Shown: piece after piece, positions 1 to 13,823 of the stretch | How positions within the stretch are numbered: position 1 is the first letter of the stretch | Layout of the letters: each line of letters begins with the position of its first letter | Source: Parasitella parasitica NRRL 2501 | Lineage: Eukaryota > Fungi > Mucoromycota | DNA length: 64,000 nt | Assembly: GCA_025201805.1 (NCBI GenBank) | Contig: MU619240.1 | Span: 1-64,000, forward strand | Direction of reading: 5' to 3' | Position numbers and translations under genes: made by a program | Notes under the pieces: model-generated | Told to the model about the DNA's origin: nothing | The model's database searches: none | The model's input: the letters and a program-made list of their open reading frames with translations, nothing else

Positions 1-1214
1 AGTTGAAATAGTGGTAACCATGGTATTCTATAAATACAACAAGATTCATAGAAACATATATGTTAGATGGAAGATGATATATATAAACAAGAACAATTTA
101 TGAAAAAGAAAATATTAAGACAGTATAGAAAGACATAAAAGAGAGAGAAGCATCATCATTTCTAACTTTGATACTGTATTCAGAAAGCAAAATTTAGCCT
201 CGCTTACATTATTAAAAAAAAAGAAAGCGGCTTACCATCATTAAAAGTATAGAAATTAGCAAAATCTACAATGGAAATAGCACATTATTTTGAATAAAAA
301 CGGCGGAACATGTCATGCTATGATAAACAAAATACTAATAACCAGATTTGATGTCAGTGAAGAGACGTGTAGATATTTAAAGAGAAAAAAAAAAAGGAAA
401 AGCAAAGTGTGCAGTATTTATAGACTCGTGCTAATCTCAAAAGCAAATCTAAGATGCGCATTTGTTTCCAGTGATAGCTTTGAGTAAGCTGTAATAAAGC
501 GATCACTTTTTTAATTTTCAGTGATTGTCTTGAATGCCTGGTGATGAATTAAGCACTTTTGCAACATGGCTATTTAAAAAATATTGACTAGATTGTTAAT
601 GGTGCTAAAAAGTGCCTTTCAAAAAATTATACCTTCTTGGACCATTCATACGTCCATAGCATGTAGCCACTATATTTTATATATCTTTGGACTAACATTT
701 ATTGTCTATAAAATATATTGAAAAGAAAGAGAATTAAAAAACATGCCGAAAATTGTTGTGCTTGTGAACTGTACTTGATATGCTCAGCTGTTTTGTTACG
801 CATATTGTTGTGTATTTCAGCATTTGCGTGAAGAAATAAAAGATTCTTGAGAAAAAATATGGCTATTTGCATTCAAAATCAAGAAATATTTATTAGGACA
901 AATGTGAATATGTTGTATGTACAAAAGACCTGTAACTTAATATCTTTTGTCAAAATGCGTTAAAACGATTTCTTTAATCAAACACACACTTTGAGCATAC
1001 ATGAATTGCCATATGCATCAGACCTCTTCACATCTTTGGCCGAATAGAATATTCTTTGATAATTTGAACAAACGTTTTGATCTGCCATAATTATAGACAG
1101 GAGATCATGGCAATGTACTTCAATTGAAGATTGAAGATTGTCCAATGATGTGATGTGATACGCTTGTGTAAATTGGAGAATAAAGTCTCTGTTTCAAATC
1201 AAGAAGGTTATTCC

Positions 1215-1519
1215 TGTAAGTAATAACACAGATCTGAGCACCAGGATAAAGGTTAAGGCTCTGTCAGATCAAAGACGTGTAGCCCTTGCTGTATAACCTC
1301 ATATCGTACCCTGTCAAGTAGATTGTCACTGTGAATTAGTCTTGTCAATTAGTAATCTAAATAAGTCACCATAAATTTATGTAGCTGTAAAAAGTATAAA
1401 TAGCAGATGCAATTTCGATCTTAAATAAAGTATCTTTAGTTTTCGTATCTCGTTAACCTTTGGTTTTTTTTATTATCTTTTTGATCCAACACGTTTTAGT
1501 TAGAATATCTCATAATACA
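1215..1519 (+). mobile_element. Possible solo LTR or small MITE (~305 bp)
   Basis: Begins TGTA and ends TACA (cctgta...tacagg inverted ends), with internal GTATAAATA followed by AATAAA. No clear target-site duplication and only one copy in the window. Confidence 0.25.
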
Positions 1520-3826
1520 GGTAATTAAATTATACTTTAACAATCATTCGGGTAACTGTATCTTCATGGTTTTTTGCCATCAAAGTTCATCAACGCAAGG
1601 AAGAAATTGACTAGTTTGTTGATTTTAGCCTGAGAAAGTACATACTGTATCAGCTGTCGATAGACGTGAAAAAATAAATTTTGCAAATTTACTTTGGGAA
1701 TTGGATATGCTTTGCTCATAGTATTTCATACTTTCTATAGGTCGATAAGCCGTAAACTCAACAAAATGTATTTAAACGATATATCAACAATACAGTTAGA
1801 CGCCAAGAATAGTAGGATAAAGCAGTGAAGTTAAGATATAATAGTAGTACTAGGATCAATTCTTGGCTTAGACTCAAATCCGCACCTACAAATAATTTTT
1901 GAGGTCTCATTTTACAGCCTTGTAACTATATCTAATAACGAATTACCAGTGACACCTAATCTTAGATTCAATCAGGAACGGTTGTTATGATAACGAAGTT
2001 GAAGTAATCATAAATATTCCATTATATAGATCTAACTTAGCTGTTTCTGTTGTGGTACTTTCGTTGAACTCAAATGATCAAATACTTCATCAGACCTTTT
2101 ATATTATTGAAGGAAAGCTGCACTCCTAAGACACTCTGTTTTTCTTAACGAATTCTTTCCATCAGATTTCGTTCAACATTTATGATCATGTCACTGCCGA
2201 CAAACTCATATTTCTGGATGAAATGATTTTTCATTAAATACTGTAACAACAGGTGAATCACGTAATTGTTTATTATTCTATTCTTGCATCTTTACAGTTG
2301 CTTGAGCAAAAACCAATTTACGTCAGCAGGAGCGAAACTTTATAATATTTTAAACTGTGCCTGAATTTGACATTACGTAGCAGTAAACTAATAGCTTTTT
2401 ACTATGTGAAGTAAACGTGCAAGGAAGATTTCCAGTGGTAGTCTGATATGCTTTTATATTGATTTTTGAGATTTTGTATATAATGCAATGAACCTTCTAT
2501 AAGACTCCAATCCAAGCATGAATTAAATGAAATAATCTGAGATTTTTATTCAAGATAGGCGCTGTAGGATGAAGAAAGCTAATAGTATTGCGTTATGGGA
2601 GGTATAAGAAGAGATTGTAACATTCGGGGTGATGCTGTACACTACTCTACAACTTTCGGCTCTGTTTGTCAGGTATTCCGTGTAACATCAAAACCCCAAT
2701 TTCCAGGATCAACGAAATATTATAAACGAAGCCGCAGGCATACATGAAAGAGAGACCGCGGGGTATGGGTATTTATCCTGGGACTCCTTAAGGATATTCG
2801 AGCAGAAGAATATTTCAGATCGATGTAAATTCACTGCTTTCCAACGACATTTGACTTTTAGTTTATGTGCGTGGCAATGTTGCTGGCGAAACGTGGTAGA
2901 GGAGAAAGCCATCAGTTCGCACTAGCTTATAGACAACGCTCCTTGAGTGCATATTTGGACTTGTCTCAATACACCGTGCCGTTTATCATATAGCTTTCTA
3001 CAAATGTAGATATAAAGTTTAATTAAACATAGTTACGTCATTTGAGCACGGTAGGGATCATTCAACAAAGCTGTTTTGCGCACCTGTGGTAACCGCCATA
3101 ATAAGACAGCGTATATGTACATATTCCGATCAAAGAATTTCTTCAGGCGTAGAATGTCTATAATGCATTAAAGATTTGAAACCTTTTCCCTTTTTCTTGC
3201 TAAAAAGTTTCAGGCGGAACGCGTTTCCTCTTCTAGGAAAAGGATTCTAAGCGTTACAACGCTTGTTCTTTTCAAGCAAGTTGATATGGCAACGAGGGAA
3301 CGAACAAGGAAATGAAAAAGAAAGGAGAAGATGGGAAGTTATCTTGTTTGAAGAGCTTTTCATTTTAACATGGCCCAATCATTATGTCTAGTTTGAACAA
3401 CAGCAGGTGAATTTTTGAGCTACTGCCCAAAGTAGAAGCTCATTCAATGTTTTATACGGAGCAGCACCTGTTTTATCCGAGAATAACTTGATTAGGCTTC
3501 TAAAGAGGTAAGATAAGTCTACTTGCATGCCTATTTACATAGAAAATAGTCTATATCATGTTCATATGATATAAAATGTTTTAAAATAACCCTAGTATTT
3601 AATTTCCTCAGGGAAAAAATCTTCAGTTTACAGTTAACGGTCTTGTGTATTAAAAGCTGTTCAACACGGACATGTAATCTTTCTATACTATAATGACAAA
3701 TCATCAAGTACTTCAATGTTTTGAATTTTGAGATCCTCCTGTTCATCTAGTACCACCATGTGCCCCCCACACACTAAGGTAACTAGGCCGTCATATTTTA
3801 TTATTATTATTACCGTATTATCAAGG

Positions 3827-6800
3827 TTATTTTTCTGATGAACTGGATAATGAAATTTGAGTTTGTATGGTATTTGATTTAGACTTTAGCGTTTCTTTTT
3901 CTGCATTCCATTCGAGCTTTTCAATCTACAATTGGAATGAATAAATTATTTTTACAACACAGAAAATGTGATACAAACCTCCAGTTCTCCTAATTTACAC
4001 TTGAGCTCATTTATTACTTGTTGCAGTCTTTCAGTCTCTGCAGAACTTTTGCTACAATTGAATGTTTTGCCAAAACTTTCCATTTTAGCTCGAGAATCGA
4101 TCAATTCCACTTTTAATTTTTCAAACTCTTCCTCGTTATGACTAAATGGTTGTTAGTAATCATACCGAACTAGTTTATTTTTTGGTAACTTACATTTGTT
4201 CGCCTTGTAAACGTCGATTTTCTGTCTGTAAACTAGCTACTAACTCCTCCATGCTCCACCATTGGGATAAAAGCCCCTTAATGTACCTTTTTTGTTCTTC
4301 CATATGAGTCGTGTCTTCTTCCCATAAGAGCATTTGTTGCGTGAGCTGTTTGACACGATGCTCATTTTCAGTCACTTGCTTCAATGTGGGTTCCAAGGTT
4401 TTGAGTTCGTTTTCCAGCTCAAAGACTCGTTGACGGGCATTGTCCAACTGAATACGTTGTTCATTCAACTGCTTTTCAAAATCACTTACTTGGTGTGCTG
4501 TACTAGCCATTTGATTTTGCCAATCTTTACGTGCCTCACGGTAATTGCGCAACTTTCCAGACTGTTCGTCTTCCCATTTGATGTGCTTTTGTTTAGTTAA
4601 CGCGGATTCTGCCTTGAGTTTTTCGAGCGCAGTTGTAGTTTGGTTCAATTGAGCTTTCAACATGCGAGTTGTATTGTACTATATCCACAGTATTAACGCC
4701 TACAATAATGCATAAAAAGTATCCATACCAATTGCTGTCTTTCTGCCTCGACAGATGTATCAAGGACATGTTCACGATGAAGACGCCCAATATGTTGAAG
4801 ATGCTGTTGCTTCAAAAACAGTTCAAAATTAAGCTCATTGCGTAGTAACAGCACCTCTCTCTTCAATGCTGCCAACAGTAACTTAGTCTCTGGAGACATA
4901 TTGCTAATATCAATCGACTGATCTGTGCTGAAAGGAGTTGCCGTGCTGGACATCGGAGTAGACGGCGCCGTAGTCGCGAGCGTTGGTTCTGCTGCAGCGT
5001 CCCACACATCGTCGCCCACTAAAACCTCAGCACCGCTTTTGAGTGCCTTGTGCAGCGTTACAATATTAGAAATCATGTAAGGCCTATTGGTGGTGTTAAG
5101 CTGCTGTTGTTGAGGTTGTTCTGCTGATATCTCCTTGCTATTAGCAATGTCTTTCGTTTGCTTGTATTCCTTATTTTCCTCTTTTAAATTGTACCAGAGA
5201 GTTTCATCCAACAGATCCAGCTGTTTGTTTTCCTCCGCTTCGTCACTGACACTGAACGCAACTCTAGAAGCAGCATTAGTCAGGTCTAACGCCATGATTT
5301 GCGCGATAACATCAGGTGGCTCCATTTTCATCCAACGGGTCTTGTCTGTCAACTCTGTTTGCGCATCCATCGCAACTAAATTAGGGTGCAGCATATGTCT
5401 TGTTACTTGGGGCTGAACGTTCTGGTTAGTTTGTACAATAGCGGGACAGCTTTTTTGTAAACTTACAATTGTTCTAGCTTTGAATGTTTCCTCGTCAAAC
5501 TCTTCAGGTAAGCTAAAGTTGTTATCCTTAAAATAAGCATATGGCTTATATAAAAACTTTAAAAAGTTGCAAGGATAAAGCCCATAGAGAGAAGTGAAAA
5601 AAGCGCCTGTCTGAGGGTTTGAAGGAGGAGCTGATAATTTTGAAAAGGTATAATCTATGCAGATGTGTCAGCATAAAAAAGGGGATTTCCATTGAATACG
5701 AAGGCTTTACCAACACAATCCCACCCATCTGCTACTTTCCGGTTGGGTGAAGTATGATCAAATGATTCCGAGCTTTGTTTTTTTCTTAAATCTCTGAGCT
5801 GATCCCAACAAATGGCTCTTGCAAAGATATAAAATAGTTGAGGTAAAAATTGCGGTAATGATGTGCACATTCTTGGTAATAACATGATGAGATTGGTAAC
5901 TGAAATTGCGATCAAAGTTGTAGAATTGTCGTACTAAACAAAAGCTTGCGATTAGCTCTACAGATCTTGAAGGGCATATCCGCACAAACACACATACACA
6001 TGTACGCACGCATGCACTCTATCACTCACCATCAAAGATTTCAGCATGGATTGGAATAAAGGGGTATCGAGGATTTCGTGTAAATGCGTTCGCCTTCTTC
6101 GCATAAATTCGCTCAACAAATATACAATCTGTAGTCGATGTTTACTTGCCAAAAAGTATCTATCTAGCAGCAAAAAAAATTGCTGTAGCATATATTCAAT
6201 CATCTAGATGTCTACCGTAATAGCGCACAGTTAAAAACATACCTTGGTTTCGGAAGCGCCTACAGATAGCAAGATAGTTGTGAGGTTTTTGGACCATTCA
6301 TCCTGATCTAAATCTAACAAGGCTTGGTGTTGTCTGCTAGTCTCATCTCTTTCTTCTTGTCTCTGGTAGTTGCTCTCTGCCCATTTTAAATAAGTGTTGA
6401 CTATTTTATGGAAATAGACACAATCTGCCATTTCATGGATTCGTACCATGTCTTGTTCCATTATCAGCGAGTCCGTTATAATCAATCTTGTCTCCTTTTT
6501 TATCTGGTTGGTATAGCATGCAGATGTTAATAGAGGCTGGAGCAAGGGCCACCAATCTTCAAATATTCTAGTGGGTCGTAGTATAGGTAGTAAAGCTCTC
6601 AAAGAGCGAAGCAGTATGTAGTGTTGTGCATGTGTGCGCTTAATCTCGGGTTTACACGATATGGCTATAGCTGCTGCTGCTGTTGTTGTTGCTGTTGTTG
6701 TTGTTGTTGTTGTTGTTGTTGCCGTTCCTGCCGTGGCTGATGTGGTACTATTTCCTTTGCTCTTATTGCTGCCGAAACCAATTGTTGTTTCATAAAGTGC

Positions 6801-6995
6801 AACCAGCTCTTGAGAAAGCTTGTCGACTGAAGCGGGATCAACCGCAGCTAAAAGGGAGCTATCTCCAATATTTGCGCTGGTTTGTTCATCGATATATTTC
6901 TCTATGATATCAAAAGAAAGCTGCCCTTCAGAGTTTGCTGTTGCATTTCGAACAGATTGTGTTATGGATTTGGTTATATCTCTTAAGCTCACCAT
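3827..6995 (-). CDS. TSC1: Hamartin / tuberous sclerosis 1 homolog (multi-exon)
   Basis: Exons in ORFs 6231-6995, 5958-6203, 5655-5915, 4693-5394 and 4190-4663. Fungal Tsc1 motif LLLRNELNFELFLKQQHLQHIGRLHREHVLD precedes a long C-terminal coiled coil. The last exon ends ...LSSSSEK* at 3827. Confidence 0.85.
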
Positions 6996-7286
6996 AGAGT
7001 GAAAAAATTATGTATGAAAAACAGAGAAAAATGATAAAAAGCCTATTGCCATCAGTGGGTGATACCCTTTTTATAAAGCAGTCGAACATCCGGATCCGAT
7101 GACAAAGTGTTTACAGTACCTCAATATTTTGTATTTCGTGTATACGGGGTGCACATTCTCTCAAGCCACACGATGAAGCTTTTGCTGACACACTGAATTA
7201 TGTCTGTATGGAAGAATGGAGATTTTTATTGTAGAATATAGTACACATAATATAGAATGAAGCAAGGGTATGGGATATTGAGTATT

Positions 7287-7952
7287 TCAATAGTTAATAC
7301 GGGCAAAGCCAGGTCGCTCAAGTCTGACCTCAGGCATTGGATAGCGTTGTTCGTCAGAAATGACCAAAGGTTTCAGCGTGGTTTTGATTTCTTTGATTTG
7401 CATACCGCGATATAATAACTCATCACGGCCATCGTCAATCTGGGCATTGAATGCTCTTGAACTAGAAATCGAAGAGCTACGGGGAGATCCCTGAGAAGAA
7501 TTATCATCATCTAATGTTGAGTCAAAAGGAGACGAAGGCTCCAATCCTGGAGTAGTGGGTGTGGTTGGAGAAGTGGATATAACTGAGGTTTTCTTCCAGG
7601 GATTCATAAAGAGACGAGCAGAAAATCTACGCTTCACTGCTTTTCCCTCGTTTTTCGAGAAGGGTTGCAGGATAGAAGCGTTTCCAAGAGAAAGAGAAGA
7701 AGGAGCACCGCCAGCAGAAGACATTTGTACTGCTGCAGCCAGTACGGCCGACATAGACTCTATTGTTAAATCAAGCGACTGCGTAGGTGCCTGCAAATCA
7801 ATAATCTCATCGTGAATAATCTCATCATGTTTGTCAATTTGTTCTTCGTTGGGAGCTACGACTGCGGGCCTTTTGATCGATGCGTTTCCAGAAAAAAGCG
7901 AAGATGCTGTTTGTGCAGAAGTGTTTTGAGAATATTTATAAGAGCGAAACAT
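7287..7952 (-). CDS. Hypothetical Ser/Pro-rich protein, 221 aa
   Basis: Single ATG-started ORF, mostly low complexity, with a more ordered-looking C-terminus YRGMQIKEIKTTLKPLVIS...LERPGFARINY. Confidence 0.7.
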   Translation of the reverse strand: MFRSYKYSQNTSAQTASSLFSGNASIKRPAVVAPNEEQIDKHDEIIHDEIIDLQAPTQSLDLTIESMSAVLAAAVQMSSAGGAPSSLSLGNASILQPFSKNEGKAVKRRFSARLFMNPWKKTSVISTSPTTPTTPGLEPSSPFDSTLDDDNSSQGSPRSSSISSSRAFNAQIDDGRDELLYRGMQIKEIKTTLKPLVISDEQRYPMPEVRLERPGFARINY

Positions 7953-8141
7953 TTTAGAAGAGGGAAGGAGCGAATAAGTATTGCAAGGAAAAGAGTATAT
8001 AACAAAAGAAAGAGCAAAAATAGGCTAGAAAAGTCGTGCAATGTTAGATGGTTTATATAAAATGTGCTTCACAAAACTAATTTGATATATTATGGACCAT
8101 GTCAGTGGAACGTGGTGCAAAGAGTGCACAATATATAATAT

Positions 8142-9743
8142 TCATTGAATGTACGGCCTTTGAGGGCTAGGACATATAAAATCCAACGATTCAATGTCGT
8201 ATGCCTTGTTCTTTTCCTCTTTGCTCGAAAACATGTTCTGTTATAAAACATATGAGACGTGCAATGGATGCTATCAAGTCAAGAAGCTTACATTCCACAA
8301 AATTATAGACATCAGCTGGTTGGCACACTTATTAGGATGGAAACTGTAATCAAAAAAGTCAATACAAAATGTGTTGCGTTTCTCGTAGAACAATCTGTTT
8401 TTGTTATACCAGTCAACGCCGCTAAAATAAGATTGTTTGTATTTGGCAATAGGGAACTGCTTGAATCCAGGTTGATAACTCACGCCCAATTCCATTAAAT
8501 TTTGCTGTTTGAACTCTTTTTCAAGCTTCTCTAATCTTAGATTGTACTCATTGACAACACGATCAGCAGCTATTAATAGTCCTTGATAAATGAATTTCGT
8601 ATATTTGATATATATTACTGACCTCTCCTCTGCTTTTCATCACCTTGAATACACGAGCATATGACCAGATGAGATGGGTCCAGCACAAACTCGCAGTAGG
8701 GATCTCCTCTGGACGCTTCGTAAACACTCGATACCTATAAATACATATCGCATTTAATATCGGCAAATGTAATTTCAATCCTGCCTTCTTGTATTACATT
8801 AAACAATGCCACGAGATTTACAAAGGATTTTCCAACTTCATTTTTTATTCTCGCTAATGCTTGTCGCACATTATCCTCAAAAATATCGGCTTCAGCTAAT
8901 CCTGGCAAGGTTGTGATGGGTGGCTCGCATAAGACGCACACGTTGTTGGCTCCGATAAAAAGCGTAACCAATTTCCACTCATCCTTTATGTCCTTGTATT
9001 TGCTGGTAGACAATAGATACACAAGCCGGCTTATCTGCTCATTCAAATCCTGTGTTTTGGATCCGCTCACAGCATTATCGAGTTGCTTTCCTCGAGAAAG
9101 TGGAAACGTATAGCCTGTTGGCGGGCCTCTATTCGACGTATTAGTCCAAGCCGACAAGTAGTTGGGGATCGTATATTCTCCTTTATCGCCACCGACAGAG
9201 AATACCTTTCCTCTGTACTCGAGGATAGTTGAAAATGGCGGTCTCTCTATCAAAAATTGCGTTGTATCACTATTTACGCTGCGTGAGAAAAATGGCAGCT
9301 TTCGTTATACTCACTGGAAATCATGCCAAAACCTGCACTTATACTATCGCCTATGGCAATTACAGCCTTAATGTCCTATATTTATGCGTAAGTAGCCCTT
9401 TTTTTCCCCCGAAAAATCAAAGTACTACAGCAATTACATTTGGCCTTAAATGGTATGCATCTCTATCTAATATCGCATCATGCCAAATGAAAGGCTCGCA
9501 ATCAAATGCTGGAACAGGAAATATGCAAGCGTCGTTGTCTTTTGAAATGTTCGTATGTCCAAGTGTATTGTGGAATTGTTCCAAAAGTTGGATCCATTCA
9601 TAGGAAAATGGTGATAGAATCGATTTGCTATCTATCGGTTGATTTTTAAGGAACACATACTGCTGATTTTCCTGTGATGCAAATGTAGGATGATTCCCTG
9701 CGCAAATAAGCACTAGGCAAAATATTAGAAATGTTTCGAACAT
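8142..9743 (-). CDS. Secreted phospholipase B1-like SGNH/GDSL lipase (7 exons)
   Basis: Signal peptide MFETFLIFCLVLICAG. Spliced product contains RPN-DIKAVIAIGDSISAG (GDS block I), WKLVTLFIGANNVC (block III) and SGVDC-FHP (catalytic DxxH). Ends ...RPYIQ* at 8142. Confidence 0.85.
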
Positions 9744-10478
9744 TGTTGTTTATGTATCAAAGAAACAAAGAAAAGGAAAAACAGAGAAGCAAACAAACAT
9801 ATGATCGTTAACGACAGATGCAAGTTATGGTTTAATCATAGGGACTGTCTCTGTCTAGCTGATTTAACTCGATTGATGCATGATTGAATGACTGAATGAA
9901 TGACAGTGATAAATCACATGATAGACCCAACATATCCTCATGGTGCAATCTGGAAAGAAGAAATTCATAGAAAAACTTTTCTTTTTTTTTGCCATTGGAA
10001 GAAAAACAAAGGACTTGCTAAGCTATAAAATAATTGCTGCTATGTCGAATAACTAACAACAAGAAGTCGAAAGACGGTCATTGTAAAATAATGCCCGTTA
10101 GCAGAACTATACATAATATTTTCCCTCTTAAATTGGCCTCATCTTTTTTGAGGCTATCATTGCAATGCAAGATATCAGTATATTTGAATCCGTAATCAAC
10201 ATTAAAAGCACATTCTGGCACGTCTTCTGGTATAGCATGTGATTACCAAGGTCTATAGCAATTAGCTAGAGCTAATTTCTCTTATTGTGCTAAACTTTGT
10301 TGGCATCAGTAAACCATTAAAATACTTTAAAATGAGTAATTAACAAAATCTGTTTAAATAGATATCATGAAAAAATTTCTTTTCATGTTCTTAGTAGAGA
10401 CTTGATACATTTTATGAGTAGATCACTTGAAATAGCTCAAACAAATAGATTTAGCTAAAAATCACTATTTGATTTCTG

Positions 10479-10682
10479 TCAAGCACTAAAAAATAAAATA
10501 TTCAAGCACTAGTCCAAGCACAAACTTAATAAAAAAATTGTGCACAAAAAGTAGCGAAGATCAAGCAATGTTTGAACAGGAAATTTATTTAATAGAATTG
10601 AACACGCTTGAGTTTTTTATCATTTGTCAGCTTGAATTGTCATTGCATTCATGCTTGAATTTTTTTTTCAGTAACTGCTTGA
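10479..10682. repeat. Foldback-like array of inverted TCAAGCA motifs
   Basis: (T/C)CAAGCA at ~10479, 10502, 10514 and 10561 is mirrored by GCTTGA at ~10606, 10630, 10653 and 10677. Confidence 0.5.
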
Positions 10683-10779
10683 TTTTTTAATTTTTTAATG
10701 CTTCACCAAGTGCACGAATGATTTCGAGAAACCCTGTAACATTGTAACCTACATGGTTTAATGCGAGTTTTGCATATTC

Positions 10780-12600
10780 AATATACCTATTAGACTTTTC
10801 TTAGGATATTTGGTCAAATGGAAACGCACTACGGAGATTGAATCCACAGCCTTCCCCTATATAATCACTGTAAATAAGTGCACCACCATTTTCAATCGAG
10901 GAGCAAAGCCTGATCCTAATAGGTAACTAGGATATGTCTCAACATAAAACATTAGCTGAGATTCTGCATAACACGATATGAAAGCCATTTTTATACAGCT
11001 TTATCTTTGCTTGAAATAAATGCCACGCAATCTATAAAGTATTACTTTTCCCCTGCTTAAAGGGCAATACCTGTAGTGGATGATATCTTTGAAAAACATT
11101 AAGCAATAGAGACACTTTTTTCAGCCAACCCTTACGTCTTTTGTGCCATTCTACAACATGTCCAGATTTCGTATATCTCTGGCTATTATTTAATTTTTGG
11201 TTGTTTGGGACCCTATACCTCATATCGATTTTCAATTTTTAACTTTGGGACAACCTTCAGGGTCATTTTTAGGCACGAATTTGGGGTCCAAGCCAGGTAA
11301 ATATCCTATTACTAGTACGATAACTCTACCTCTTCACGTTTTCCAATTCTCGATATCTATCGTTGTTGTCGAGATGCTACCAAAACAAGATTTGCTGATT
11401 TTATAACGTATGGTCCTATAAGAAGTTCTAAATTTTGCAAGTAAATCATATCCAAGTTTTAAGTAAAGTTGTAAAGCACGTTTCGATACACCTACAGATT
11501 TTAAGAATATCTTGATGAAGCTTGAATTTAACAAGCTAAAGCCAATCCCCTACTTTTACGCTAAATTTTGCTGGCAAATTTCTCAACAAGCTATTAAGAC
11601 ACTTTGTCTTGAATAATTATTAAATTATGCTTGTAATATAATTTTCTACTGAATGTGCAAGATTTAGATGGGTATGAAGAAAAAAATTTTTTTTCATATG
11701 TTTTTGGCAGACGCTTGATTTATTTTCATAACTTTTAAAGCGACAAAGGGGTGTTTAAGATATAATTTTGCGGCAAAAACATAGGGCTATTAAATAGTTA
11801 TCAAATGGTTTTTATTTGGTTAAAAAATACCAATTTTTGAGCGAAATAATGGAAATAACATATTCATTTTTTTTTACCCTTTTGGGGAACCCATTTTGGC
11901 CCTATAAACCCAAGGCCGAGAAATCTCAAATTGGTGATGGTCGAGACAAAATTTTGATTTTTGGCAGAAATACTAAAGTAAAAGCTGTAAACAAAATATT
12001 AATTTGTAGGCATTGACATGATGATTTGTTTGGTCAAGATTATAGGGTTGGATGTGCTCAAAATATATTTGCTTTTACTCAAAAACTATCAAAAAGGTGA
12101 TTTTTGAATATTTGAAAATTGGTAGTGAAAAAAGGTGTTTTTATAGCCTTTTATTTCATATTTTTAGATGTAGAATTTATTTCTTCTCACAAAACACTTG
12201 GTGCAAATATCGGATATACTCATTATTTTCTTGAGATATCTAGCAATGAACTATGTAAAAATTTCTCGAGTTTGGTTTGGGTCAAATGGAAACACACAGC
12301 TGAGATTAAATTTACAGCAATGAAGGAGTGCACCACCTAATTTCAGCTGGCAAAGCATGATCCCAATAGGTAGTTTGGGTATGTCTCAATATAAATCGAT
12401 ATCTGAGATACTGCATAATAAAGTCTCAAATAAATTGTATATTCCTACATTTTCTGGATGAAATAAATACTACCAAATCTGAAATATCAACTTTTCCCCC
12501 GCTCAAAGGCATAATTTGCACCTCGGCTGTCTTTGCAACCTGTTAAGCAATGGAGACACAAACTTTAGCCAAAGCCTTCTTTTTTTTCCATCCCCAAACT
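10780..12600 (+). mobile_element. Non-coding ~1.47 kb repeat unit, copy A (about 1.25 units head-to-tail)
   Basis: GGTCAAATGGAAAC at 10812 recurs at 12280 (period 1468), and ~10810-11160 aligns with ~12280-12600. The whole unit aligns with the reverse complement of 30278-31770. Confidence 0.8.
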
Positions 12601-13823
12601 GAGACGAGGCAAGTTTTGAATGAATTTAACATAAATGAGGGTTCATTAGAGTGTAATATGTAGCAGCCATGCATGGAGCCACAAAATAGCTATCGGCCAG
12701 GCTTTGTTTTCGTCTTAAAATTACCAATTGTTGAGCACAAAAGTTGGTTATTCTTTACGCAACTTCGGCCTTGTAACAGCCCTATACCGGCTTTTGCTAC
12801 TAAACTTTTATTTTCGATTTAGAATTAAAGCATATAAGCCTCATAAGCAACCTGAAAATATCTTGATATGAATCGAACACAATATAAAGAGAGTTTTTTT
12901 TTTCGACGATTGATATATCTACTTGACATAATTAACATACAGGTCTTGCAAAATATATTAGGTGTTTCCTTTGTCGCATGCTTGATGAACCGGTTTATAT
13001 ATTTAATCTTGTTTCTTGACCTTGGCATCAATATTTGAAAACAATGGCATTTACCTATTCATATATAAGTATCATGCCGTCCGAGATGCTCTCCTTGAAA
13101 ATTTGTAGTAGCAAAATCAAATATTTGTAAATAAAAGCTATTACATAAAAAAGCGAACGGGTGTACCAGATATAAGCTGATTATTTATTGTTTATATTAT
13201 ATAGATCTTTCTTGATTGTATACATCTCATCATATATTCTTTAGATGATTCCATAATTCATTTGAAGCCAGTGAGGATATGTTCTATACTACTCGGTTTT
13301 ACATTATGCTGCTTTTACTGGCTGTCTGAACAAATATAACACTGAGATGAAATCCATTATCAAATCGTCGCACAAACCAATATCCATAAAAACCCTTATA
13401 ATACCTTGAAACACAGATTTCGTTTATATAATCACATTTTACCGAGGTCCTTTTTGAGTCACTTGCCCAATATGATTTTAGCAGATATGATTAATAGATG
13501 GCACATACATCTGACAGAGACCAGTAGTTGGCAGTCAGCTATATACGGTTCAATGAGACGTATTCTGATGCGTTGATTGAAAGTACTCGAGGCGCAAAGA
13601 AGAAGAATGGGAAGATGCAAGGCCAAAAAATGTGTCACCTTCTTTTCAGGGTGTGGAGATGTTGATTGTTGCAGGGTCCAAGTGAAGTAATGGATAGGCG
13701 GAGCTTACATAAACGAACGACGTTCAGAAACATGAACCCTTTTTTTTTTCTTTAGAAAAAACAAGCTTTTTCATCTTTCTTTTTTTTTCTTTTTACTTTT
13801 ATTCAAATAAAGATAATATCGGA

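Noticed and set aside
10780-12600. Interpretation of copy A as an LTR-flanked element (TRIM)
   Set aside because: The ~350-bp direct repeats lack TG..CA ends and PBS/PPT, and copy B is opened in the middle of that repeat, which fits a tandem or circular unit instead.
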